NCBI GenBank assembly: GCA_021161835.1
Contig: JAGGZV010000003.1
Location: 1-53,551, forward strand
Direction: 5' to 3'
DNA: 53,551 nt
Source of the DNA: Thermotogota bacterium
GTDB lineage: Bacteria; Thermotogota; Thermotogae; UBA12178
Shown: positions 18,231 to 26,809 of the stretch, in pieces
Layout: every line of letters begins with the position of its first letter
How positions within the stretch are numbered: the stretch's first letter is position 1
Made by a program: the position numbers and the translations under genes
Notes under the pieces: model-generated
The model's input: the letters and a program-made list of their open reading frames with translations, nothing else
What the model was told of the DNA's origin: nothing
Databases searched by the model: none

Positions 18231-19090
18231 AATACAGTTTGATAGGTTTTTTGGTGTTCCTGGCGGTTGTATTGTTCATAATTTTGCCCATGACCTTTTT
18301 CACTGTTGATGAAACCAAGCAGGTTGTGGTTCTGCGTTTCGGAGAAATAAAGAAGGTCATAACTTCGCCCGGGCTATACGTGCGTACGCCGTTTGTTGAT
18401 CAGGTCAAAAAGCTTGAGAAAAGGCTTCTCATGTATGATGTCAAGCCTGATGTGATATACACCTTGGATAAAAAGAACATAGTCGTGGACACCTTCGCCA
18501 TATGGAGGATCTCAAATCCCAAGATTTTCATAGAATCGCTTAAGGATGTGAATGTGGCGAAAACTCGAATAGACGATGTGGTTTATTCACATGTGCGAGA
18601 TATCTTCGCTAAACATCGATTCGATGAGCTGGTATCGGAGGGTAGAGAGGTGTTCCTGGAGGAGATCACGGAACGTTCGAAAAAAGATCTGGAAAAATTT
18701 GGCATAGAAATAATAACCGTACGGGTTAAACGCACGGATCTACCTGATGAAACCCTGAACGCAGTTTTCAACAGGATGAAGTCTGAGAGGTACCAGCGTG
18801 CCGCTGCAATAAGAGCAGAAGGTGAGCGTGAGGCTCAAAAGATACGTTCTGAAGCGGATAAGAAAGTCAGGATAATCAAGGCGGAAGCTGTGAAGAAGGC
18901 GGAGGAATTGAAGGGTAAAGGGGAAGCTCAGGCTTATGAAATATATGCAAAAGCCTACGGCGAGGATCCGGAATTCTTCGAGTTCTGGCGCTCCTTGCAG
19001 GCTTATAAGAGTGCTCTTGGGGAATCGTACGTGATTCTCGATGAGAATATGGATTTTCTGAGACATCTCCTGAAACCCGTTGGAGAGTGA
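18227..19090 (+). CDS. hflC: FtsH protease modulator HflC
   Basis: VVLRFGE, TLDKKNIVVD, VRVKRTDLP, RMKSER, DPEFFEFWRSLQAY. Confidence 0.92.
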   Translation: MKYSLIGFLVFLAVVLFIILPMTFFTVDETKQVVVLRFGEIKKVITSPGLYVRTPFVDQVKKLEKRLLMYDVKPDVIYTLDKKNIVVDTFAIWRISNPKIFIESLKDVNVAKTRIDDVVYSHVRDIFAKHRFDELVSEGREVFLEEITERSKKDLEKFGIEIITVRVKRTDLPDETLNAVFNRMKSERYQRAAAIRAEGEREAQKIRSEADKKVRIIKAEAVKKAEELKGKGEAQAYEIYAKAYGEDPEFFEFWRSLQAYKSALGESYVILDENMDFLRHLLKPVGE

Positions 19091-19096
19091 GAAACC

Positions 19097-19804
19097 ATGG
19101 CGCTTGTCCTGGAGAACGTGAATCTGTATGTGGAGGGAAAACGTATACTCAACGGTATATCCCACAGATTCGATGAAGGTAAGATACACATCATTCTGGG
19201 TAACAACGGTGTTGGAAAGACCTCCCTGGCGAAGGTGATAATGGGTTTTGAGGAATATCGAGGGTATGAGGGTAACATAAGGCTCGATGGAGTTTCTCTT
19301 GATTCTCTCGGTTTAGCAGAACGTGTCGAGAAGGGGTTGAGCATGGTTCCACAGCATATTCCCCCTGTACCGGTTGTGGTTAGGGACATATTCGATTTCG
19401 AAAGCGCCGGAGATATAGGACAGTTCATGAAAAAGCTTGGATTACGAAAAAAAGCGATGAACATGAGATTGGATGAGCTCATGCCTGGTGACAGGAAACG
19501 CCTGGATATGATCTTAACGATGTTGAAACCACGTAAATATGTGATAATAGATGAACCTGACCAGGATCTGGACACGATGTCAGCGGATTTCTTCAGGGAG
19601 ATGTTCGACTTTCTCCGGGCTAAAGGTTGCACGCTGATCGTTATCACCCATAGAGAGGAGATCGCTTTGATGGGTGATGAAGCTGGATTGATGTGTGCGG
19701 GTATGATGGTGCGGAAGGGTACGCCAGAAGAGGTGTGTGCATATTACAAGATGATATGCGATATATGTGATCATATCAACGAACCGGAGGAAGTGGAAGG
19801 ATGA
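19097..19804 (+). CDS. Divergent SufC/SmsC-like ABC ATPase with Cys-rich tail
   Basis: Walker A GNNGVGKTS, IMG..EY....G.I.LDG, Walker B IIDEPD, H-loop ITHR, altered signature LMPGDRKR, tail CAYYKMICDICDH. Confidence 0.78.
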   Translation: MALVLENVNLYVEGKRILNGISHRFDEGKIHIILGNNGVGKTSLAKVIMGFEEYRGYEGNIRLDGVSLDSLGLAERVEKGLSMVPQHIPPVPVVVRDIFDFESAGDIGQFMKKLGLRKKAMNMRLDELMPGDRKRLDMILTMLKPRKYVIIDEPDQDLDTMSADFFREMFDFLRAKGCTLIVITHREEIALMGDEAGLMCAGMMVRKGTPEEVCAYYKMICDICDHINEPEEVEG

Positions 19805-20733
19805 TGGCACCGATAGAATTTTCCAGAATACTGGAAGTATATGAAGATTTCACGGGCGAGGTTCCATCTTTTTTGCGTGATGATACACCTTCGGTTGTTG
19901 TAAATGGGAACAAGGTCATAGGGTTGAACGAAACTCGTGGTGTCGAAATAAAACTCTACCATGATAGACGACCGCTGGAGATAGATATCCTTGTGGCTCG
20001 AAATCACAATGTATTCAATCCCATGTATTTGTGTATAGGTGGTATCGATGTACCGGAAACGTTTGTAAGAATAAGACTCTCGTGTTGCGAGGCTTCCCGT
20101 TTAAAAGTAATGATCGTCACGCTTTTGAACAGTGACGCAACGATTTCCGTTTCAAGAGAGCTCAATCTGGAAAGAGGGGCGAATCTTGTTTGTGAGGATA
20201 GATATCATATAGGTCACACAAAGGCGATGGTAAAAGAAGATACCACCGTGAATGTGGAAGCTGATGCCGTTTATGAAGCCAGTGCTACCCTTGTCAGAGG
20301 TATGATGGAAAGATTCGAGGCTTTCACTTTCGTGAACTTATATGGTCAGAATTCCATGGCTTTTGAAACGGAGCGAATACATGTTATAGCCGGTAATTTT
20401 GAGAAAAGCACCAGGGTGCATCTGAAAGGTACCGCTGCACGTGTGAATAAAGATGTGGCGGTTCTGGCCGATGGTATCTCCGTTGCCTCTTACCGAGCTG
20501 AGATGGTGGCCGATGGTGCGGATACCAGAGGGGAATTCAAAGGCCGTGGTTATACGTTAGATGATGGAAAGGTTGGAATACTACCAATGTTAAAAGCCAA
20601 CGTTCCTTCCTGTGAGCTTCATCAGGATATCCGTGCTGGAATCTTTGAAAGGGAAAATCTTCAGTATCTAATGGCGAAAGGTTTCACGCAGGATGAAGCA
20701 GTTAATCTGATACTGGGAGGGCTGTTTCGTTGA
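19801..20733 (+). CDS. Divergent SufB/SufD (SmsB-like) beta-helix protein
   Basis: C-terminal LQYLMAKGFTQDEAVNLILGG is typical of the SufBD family; overlaps the SufC-like gene. Confidence 0.72.
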   Translation: MMAPIEFSRILEVYEDFTGEVPSFLRDDTPSVVVNGNKVIGLNETRGVEIKLYHDRRPLEIDILVARNHNVFNPMYLCIGGIDVPETFVRIRLSCCEASRLKVMIVTLLNSDATISVSRELNLERGANLVCEDRYHIGHTKAMVKEDTTVNVEADAVYEASATLVRGMMERFEAFTFVNLYGQNSMAFETERIHVIAGNFEKSTRVHLKGTAARVNKDVAVLADGISVASYRAEMVADGADTRGEFKGRGYTLDDGKVGILPMLKANVPSCELHQDIRAGIFERENLQYLMAKGFTQDEAVNLILGGLFR

Positions 20734-21779
20734 AAAAGGTCCGGGTTGGAAAACTCGTCCTGGGAAACGGAAGGGTTTACATCCAATCCATGACCAATAC
20801 CGACACCGCTGACGTGAAGACCACCGTCGAGCAAATCTACCGTTTGGAAGCTGCAGGTTGTGAGATGGTACGTGTCGCCGTGTATGATATGGAGAGTGCC
20901 CGGAAGGTAAAAGAGATAAAATCTCGCATATCAATCCCATTGATAGCTGACGTACATTTCGATCATCGGGTGGCCATGGAAGCAATTATACATGGAGCGG
21001 ACAAAATAAGGTTGAATCCGGGTAACATTGGAGAGAAACATCGGGTGGAAGAGATCGCAAGATGTGCCAGAGACCATGGTGTACCCATAAGAGTGGGAGC
21101 TAATGTTGGTTCCATAAAGAGGAGATATCTCGATAAATATCCAAGATACGTTGCTCTAGCGGAAAGCGCTCTGGATGAGGTGCGAATACTGGAGAAGGTG
21201 GGATTTCATGAGATAGTTGTTTCCGTTAAATCTTCCGACGTGGTGGAAACGGTACAGGCTACGAGGTACGTCAGGAAACGTGTTCAATACCCCCTTCACA
21301 TAGGCCTTACGGAAGCCGGCGTGGGTTACCAGGCCATCGTCAAATCCAGCATTGCCTTGGGTACTCTTCTTATGGAAGGCATAGGGGACACAATGCGTGT
21401 ATCTCTAACGGGTGACCCGGTAAACGAGGTGAAAGTGGCTAGGGCGATACTGGGAAGTCTGGGCTTGAAAAATGTGCCTCAACTGATTGCCTGCCCTACC
21501 TGTGCCCGTGTAACGATAGATGTTGAGAAAGTAGCCCGGTTGCTCGAAAAAGAGCTCATGAACATCGATGGAAATTTCAAGGTTGCGGTTATGGGTTGTG
21601 TGGTGAACGGTCCAGGTGAGGCTGCTGATGCCGATATCGGGATGTTCGGTGTGAAGAATGATAAGGTGGTGGTGCTCGAAAAGGGAAAACCCGAAAAGTT
21701 TTTCTGTAGCACCGATGAAGCTGTTGAATACCTGCTTGAGGTGATCAGAAAGTGGAAAAGTGGAAGAAAGTGTGGATGA
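20730..21779 (+). CDS. ispG: (E)-4-hydroxy-3-methylbut-2-enyl-diphosphate synthase
   Basis: IQSMTNT, ADVHFD, RLNPGNIG, PLHIGLTEAG, GIGDTMRVSL, CPTCAR, AVMGCVVNGPGEA. Confidence 0.96.
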   Translation: MKKVRVGKLVLGNGRVYIQSMTNTDTADVKTTVEQIYRLEAAGCEMVRVAVYDMESARKVKEIKSRISIPLIADVHFDHRVAMEAIIHGADKIRLNPGNIGEKHRVEEIARCARDHGVPIRVGANVGSIKRRYLDKYPRYVALAESALDEVRILEKVGFHEIVVSVKSSDVVETVQATRYVRKRVQYPLHIGLTEAGVGYQAIVKSSIALGTLLMEGIGDTMRVSLTGDPVNEVKVARAILGSLGLKNVPQLIACPTCARVTIDVEKVARLLEKELMNIDGNFKVAVMGCVVNGPGEAADADIGMFGVKNDKVVVLEKGKPEKFFCSTDEAVEYLLEVIRKWKSGRKCG

Positions 21780-22171
21780 GGCAGGTACTGCTTTTCGGTG
21801 AGGAGATGCAGGATAAATTGAGGAAAGCGCGGATTTTGGTGGTGGGTGTAGGTGGGCTTGGTTGCTTTGTATCCATACTGTTGGCTCGACTTGGCGTCGG
21901 CAGACTCGTACTGTGGGATAGAGGAACGGTGGATCCGCCAGATCTTCACAGACAGATCCTGTACGGTCCCTCGGATCTTGGAAGGATATTTTACCCCATT
22001 CCCGTGTATCCTGTAACGGTTTCGATCGTTGCCACAATACAGGCTAACGAAACGATGCAGATGATCGCAGGTTCTCTACCTGTGCTCGCAGGAAAGATGC
22101 TCCTGGTGGATCTCAGAAATTACGAGTTCGAGCTGGTGGATCTTGGGTTACAAAATGATGATGAAAGATAA
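21752..22171 (+). pseudogene. ThiF/MoeB-family gene with a large in-frame internal deletion
   Basis: N-terminal RQVLLFGEEMQDKL...VVGVGGLG...D...V...DLHRQILY..SDLGR is joined directly to the C-terminal PVTVSIVATIQANE...LLVDL; only 139 aa. Confidence 0.7.
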
Positions 22172-23232
22172 TCTTCCATCAATTCTTCCATCAGTTCTTT
22201 CACGGTGGTGATACTGTGTATTCTGTAAGCATTCGCACCTGCGAATGCGAAGCCGTCGTTCAGCATGCCATTTTTGGCATTGATCAATGCTGAACCTATG
22301 CAGTATGGCGAATTAACCACATCACAAGTTCTCAAACATTTCCAGGGGCACACAAAAGGCTTCTTCGTACCCTTGTTTACCTCTTCCAGAAAATGGTTGT
22401 TTATCGCCCGTCCCGGTAATCCCACAGGGCTGTCTATTATTATCAGATCCTCTTTCGTGCACCTGACATACATTTCTTTGAACTCTTTGGAAGCATCGCA
22501 TTCTTCCGTGGCAACGAATCGAGAAGCCATCTGCACGCCTGCTGCTCCCATTTCGATGTATTTCCTTATGTCCATGCCCGTGAATATTCCACCCGCTGCT
22601 ATCACTGGGATTTTTCTCGAATACAGTTCTTCAAAGCATTGTACGACTTTTATCACTTCAGGGAGAATCCTTTCTAGCTGGTATTCTTTGCGTTCTATTT
22701 GCTCTTTTTTGAAACCCAGGTGTCCACCTGCAAGTGGGCCTTCTACCACCACACCATCCGGTATATCGCCGTATCTCCTGTGCCAGTAATCGAATACCAG
22801 TTTAGCTGCTTTGGCCGATGAAACTATTGGTACGATGGCGGTGGATCTTTTTCTTGCTTCTTCTATGGGTACTTTGAGGGGCAAACCTGCACCAAGAAAA
22901 AGGAGATCTGCCTTCTCATCGATGGCGGTTTCCACGAGTTCTTCGAAGTCAGTGAGAGCTACCATGATGTTCACACCCACGATTCCGTTGGTTTTGCTTC
23001 GAGTTTTTCTGATCACAGTTTTCAAAGCTCTTTTGTTGGCTTCCCGGAAGTTGGTGTCGAAGTCAGGTTCCATCATGCCTATTCCGGCCGCTCCTATAAC
23101 CCCGATTCCACCTTCGTTTGCGACAGCCGATGCGAGATTATCCAGGGAGATACCCACGCTCATTCCTCCTTGCACAATGGGTATTTTCGCCTCGTATTCT
23201 CCTATTCTCAGATGAGGTAATTCACATTTCAT
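22120..23232 (-). CDS. Nitronate monooxygenase/FabK/FabX-family flavoprotein
   Basis: PIVQGGMSVG, VEGPLAGGHLGF, VIAAGGI, GVQMASRFVATEECDA, SPVGLPGRA, Cys cluster CPWKCLRTC...YCI. Start at ATG 23232 after SD GGAGG. Confidence 0.87.
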   Translation of the reverse strand: MKCELPHLRIGEYEAKIPIVQGGMSVGISLDNLASAVANEGGIGVIGAAGIGMMEPDFDTNFREANKRALKTVIRKTRSKTNGIVGVNIMVALTDFEELVETAIDEKADLLFLGAGLPLKVPIEEARKRSTAIVPIVSSAKAAKLVFDYWHRRYGDIPDGVVVEGPLAGGHLGFKKEQIERKEYQLERILPEVIKVVQCFEELYSRKIPVIAAGGIFTGMDIRKYIEMGAAGVQMASRFVATEECDASKEFKEMYVRCTKEDLIIIDSPVGLPGRAINNHFLEEVNKGTKKPFVCPWKCLRTCDVVNSPYCIGSALINAKNGMLNDGFAFAGANAYRIHSITTVKELMEELMEDYLSSSFCNPRSTSSNS

Positions 23233-23305
23233 ATGTTGTTCCCTCCATTTCATGACGATTCTTTTGATGTCTCCTCATTATAGCATTCACGATTCCACTT
23301 CGGCA

Positions 23306-23341
23306 TGTTATAATCTTTGTAAGTTCATTAAACTTACAAAG
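23306..23341 (+). promoter_or_regulatory. Extended -10 promoter with overlapping ROK-type operator palindrome
   Basis: TGtTATAAT (23306-23314) followed directly by CTTTGTAAGTT-catta-AACTTACAAAG (perfect 11-5-11, 23315-23341), 14 bp before the ROK gene. Confidence 0.85.
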
Positions 23342-23355
23342 TTGGAAGTGGTAAT

Positions 23356-24504
23356 TTGCAAAAACTTACACCTCAGCAGGCGCGGGAACATAACCTAAAG
23401 CTGGTGTTGCGTACCATATACAACAGTGCGCGGATAAGCAGGGCCGACATAGCGAGGCTAACTAACCTGACGCGTGCAACAGTTTCAGACGTTGTGGAAG
23501 AGCTCATGAATAAAGGATTCGTGAGAGAGGTGGGGTTAGGTCCTTCAACGGGGGGAAAACCACCAACTCTCCTTGAGTTTGTTGAAGATGCGCGTTATCT
23601 CGTTGGAGTGGATCTAGCTGAAGATGAGTTCAGGGGCGCGTTGATAGACCTCAGGGGAGGGATAAAGCGAAAGTACAACACCAGAGTGAAACAGGCGAGC
23701 GGATCGGAGGCTTTGAACAGGGTTTACGAACTGCTCGATGTTCTGGTGAAGGATGCCGATAGACCCATCTTGGGTATAGGTATAGGAGTTCCGGGATTGA
23801 TGGATGCGGACAGAGGAATGGTGTTGAAAGCGGTGAGCCTCGACTGGCAGAATCTACCTTTAAGAGATCTTCTTCAGGAACGTTACAATGTTTCTGTTTA
23901 TGTGGCCAACGACTGTCAGGTTGCCGCTCTATCTGAATACACCTTTGGAAAATGCGAAAAGACTGAAAGCCTCGTATTGATAAAGATTGGTAGAGGGGTA
24001 GGGGCCGGTGTGGTGATAAATGGTTCCCTGTATCATGGTGATTCTTCAGGAGCCGGTGAAATAGGCCATGTCGTGGTGGATGAGAACGGTGAACGGTGTG
24101 GATGTGGAAAACGTGGATGTCTGGAAACATTTGTCAGCTGCAGGGCTATGATCAGAAAAGTGGAAAGACGGGTGAAAAATGAAGAGGTGGACATGAAATA
24201 CATCTTTACAGCGTTTTCGGCTGGTGATGAGCGGGTTAAAAGAATTGTGCTGGATGCAGCGCACCACCTTGGTTTGATGATTGCTCATATCATCGCTATT
24301 TTGAACATCCAGGAGATAGTTCTCGCGGGTGGGATAACCGAGCTCGGCGAAGGATTTCTGAAACTGGTCGAAAAGGTGGTTAGAGAGCATGCACTGGATG
24401 CGCTTGCAAAGGTTACCAGGATTCGTTTCGCTTCCCTTGGAGAGGACATGGTGATGATGGGAGCCGCTGCATTTTTGATGAAGAAAGAACTAGGTTTACC
24501 CTGA
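23356..24504 (+). CDS. ROK-family transcriptional repressor (NagC/XylR-like)
   Basis: HTH ISRADIARLTNLTRATVS, STGGKPP, GIGVPG, VANDC, GRGVGAG, AGEIGH, Zn motif CGCGKRGCLE. Confidence 0.93.
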   Translation: MQKLTPQQAREHNLKLVLRTIYNSARISRADIARLTNLTRATVSDVVEELMNKGFVREVGLGPSTGGKPPTLLEFVEDARYLVGVDLAEDEFRGALIDLRGGIKRKYNTRVKQASGSEALNRVYELLDVLVKDADRPILGIGIGVPGLMDADRGMVLKAVSLDWQNLPLRDLLQERYNVSVYVANDCQVAALSEYTFGKCEKTESLVLIKIGRGVGAGVVINGSLYHGDSSGAGEIGHVVVDENGERCGCGKRGCLETFVSCRAMIRKVERRVKNEEVDMKYIFTAFSAGDERVKRIVLDAAHHLGLMIAHIIAILNIQEIVLAGGITELGEGFLKLVEKVVREHALDALAKVTRIRFASLGEDMVMMGAAAFLMKKELGLP

Positions 24505-24513
24505 GAGGGAGGG

Positions 24514-25950
24514 ATGAGAGTGTCTGAGAAGCTCGAATTGGTTAAACCGAGGTGTGTACCACCACTGGATGAGAGTTTTAGACCGGCTGTTCTGGCCAAC
24601 AGAGCTTTTCAGAGAAAGGTGGAAGAGGCTGGCGGAGGAGTGCCTTTGATATTTGCCCTTCAAAGACCGAGTGGTTGTATCTCGCGTTATGAAACCAGAG
24701 TTCTTCCAGAGGATCATCCGGATGCTGGGATGAACCTGACCTATGCTGAAAGATTGTTCAAGTTCCTTCTCTGGCAAAAGGGTGGTGTGAGGATATACGT
24801 TGGTGGTCCAAAAAGCGTGGGTGAGTACATAAAGAAAACCTATGCGCCTGGTGGAGCAAGGGAATTCGATTATCGCTTTATGGGTGAAGAAGTGTATCTC
24901 GAGGATTTCGAAGTGTACGTGTGTGCTCCAGAGGAAGTTCCACCTGAACGAGAGAAAACTCGCCCGCTGGGGAAACATTTGGAAGGATGCAGGATAGGGT
25001 TCGATCTTGGTGCTTCTGACGTAAAGGTTTCTGCGGTAATAGATGGTGAAGTCATTTACAGCGAGGAGATCGTGTGGGAACCCACCGACAAAGATGATCC
25101 TGAATATCACTACAGGATAATCGTGAATGCGTTGAAAAAAGCTGCTTCGAAACTTCCACGTCTGGAAGCAATAGGTGGTAGTGCTGCAGGGGTGTATGTG
25201 GACAATACTGTGAGAGTCGCCTCGCTTTTCAGGGGAATTCCCAGGGAGAGATACGATGAAGTTAGAAACCTTTTCCTGCGGATACGGGATGAGTTCGGCG
25301 TGCCCCTGGAGATAGTCAACGATGGAGAAGTGACGGCACTTGCTGGAGCAATGGCCTTGGATGATACCAGGGTGCTTGGAATAGCTCTTGGTTCAAGCGA
25401 GGCAGGAGGATATGTGAATGAGAAGGGGTACATAACGGATTGGCTCAACGAACTGGCGTTCGCACCAATAGATTATAGTCCCGATGCGGCTGTGGATGAG
25501 TGGTCTGGTGATAAAGGATGTGGTTCAGTGTACCTCTCCCAGCAGTGTGTTTTCAGGCATGCTCCAAGAGTTGGGATAGAGATACCCGATGATTTAACGA
25601 AGGCGGCGAAGTTAAGGTTCGTGCAGAAGAAACTTGAAGATGGAGATGAAGGTGCTTTAAAGATATGGAAAACCATGGGTTATTATCTTGGATATGCAAT
25701 AGCTCATTATGCCGATTTCTACGATATAAAACATGTTCTTGTGTTAGGAAGATGCACCTCAGGTGAAGGCGGACGAATACTCCTGGACTGCGTTGATGAG
25801 GTTTTGAAAGCGGAATTCCCGGAGCTGGCCTCCAAGATAAAGGTTCATCTTCCAACGGAGAGGATGAGACGAGTGGGCCAGGCGATAGCCGCTGCCAGTT
25901 TGCCGGAACTGGGAGGGAAGAAGGATGAGGTTTCGGATGAGGAGTGCTGA
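24514..25950 (+). CDS. Atypical ROK-family sugar kinase-like protein
   Basis: GFDLGASDVK, VNDGEVTALAG, LGSSEAGG, LNELAF; about 150-aa N-terminal extension, no HTH and no CxCGxxGC motif. Confidence 0.75.
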   Translation: MRVSEKLELVKPRCVPPLDESFRPAVLANRAFQRKVEEAGGGVPLIFALQRPSGCISRYETRVLPEDHPDAGMNLTYAERLFKFLLWQKGGVRIYVGGPKSVGEYIKKTYAPGGAREFDYRFMGEEVYLEDFEVYVCAPEEVPPEREKTRPLGKHLEGCRIGFDLGASDVKVSAVIDGEVIYSEEIVWEPTDKDDPEYHYRIIVNALKKAASKLPRLEAIGGSAAGVYVDNTVRVASLFRGIPRERYDEVRNLFLRIRDEFGVPLEIVNDGEVTALAGAMALDDTRVLGIALGSSEAGGYVNEKGYITDWLNELAFAPIDYSPDAAVDEWSGDKGCGSVYLSQQCVFRHAPRVGIEIPDDLTKAAKLRFVQKKLEDGDEGALKIWKTMGYYLGYAIAHYADFYDIKHVLVLGRCTSGEGGRILLDCVDEVLKAEFPELASKIKVHLPTERMRRVGQAIAAASLPELGGKKDEVSDEEC

Positions 25951-26776
25951 AATATTTGTGCCAGATGGTTCGCCCGAGGATATCGCATTGGCCAGGACCA
26001 CTCATATGGCCGTCGGTGCACATCAGGATGACCTAGAAATAATGGCTTATGATGGTATCTTGAAATGTTTTCAGAGTGAAGAGAACTGGTTTTGTGGAGT
26101 GGTAATGACCGATGGAAGCGGATCACCACGTGACGATCTGTACAAAGATTATTCAAACGAAGAGATGAGAATGGTTAGAAGGAAGGAACAGAAAAAGGCG
26201 GCAATTGTGGGAGAATACACCGCACAGATTCTCCTGGATTACCCCAGCTCTGCCATCAAGGACCCCGAAAATGAAGATCCTATCGAAGATCTTGTGGAAA
26301 TTTTGAAGGTGGCAAAGCCTCGTATAGTTTACACCCACAATCTAGCCGATAAGCACGATACACATGTGGCAACAGCTTTGAGAGTCATAGAAGCCATAAG
26401 GAAGCTGCCTAACGATATGAAGCCTGAACACGTTTATGGATGTGAAGTGTGGCGTGATCTTGATTGGTTGCTGGATGGTGATAAGGTGGTTTTCGATGTG
26501 TCGGCACATGAGAATCTGCAAATGGCTTTATTGGGTGTTTTTGATTCTCAAATATGCGGTGGTAAACGTTACGATCTTGCCACCATGGGTCGAAGGCGTG
26601 CCAATGCTACCTACTACGAGTCGCACGGAGTGGATGTAGCTACAGGTATGACCTTCGCAATGGATCTAACACCCCTCGTCAGGGATCCTGATGTGGACAT
26701 CAAGGAATATGTGACAGGTTTTGTAAGGAGATTCATGGAAGATGTGACAAGACGTCTGGAACGCCTTGGAAGCTGA
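25925..26776 (+). CDS. PIG-L/LmbE family deacetylase
   Basis: AHQDD, MTDGSG, R..EQ..AA, YTH...DKHDTH, YGCEVW. Confidence 0.87.
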   Translation: MRFRMRSAEIFVPDGSPEDIALARTTHMAVGAHQDDLEIMAYDGILKCFQSEENWFCGVVMTDGSGSPRDDLYKDYSNEEMRMVRRKEQKKAAIVGEYTAQILLDYPSSAIKDPENEDPIEDLVEILKVAKPRIVYTHNLADKHDTHVATALRVIEAIRKLPNDMKPEHVYGCEVWRDLDWLLDGDKVVFDVSAHENLQMALLGVFDSQICGGKRYDLATMGRRRANATYYESHGVDVATGMTFAMDLTPLVRDPDVDIKEYVTGFVRRFMEDVTRRLERLGS

Positions 26777-26778
26777 TG

Positions 26779-26808
26779 AAAAAGGAGGGCTTTAAGCCCT
26801 CCTTTTTT
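26779..26808. terminator. Bidirectional intrinsic terminator
   Basis: AAAAAGGAGGGC-tttaa-GCCCTCCTTTTT between convergent genes. Confidence 0.88.
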
Positions 26809-26809
26809 C

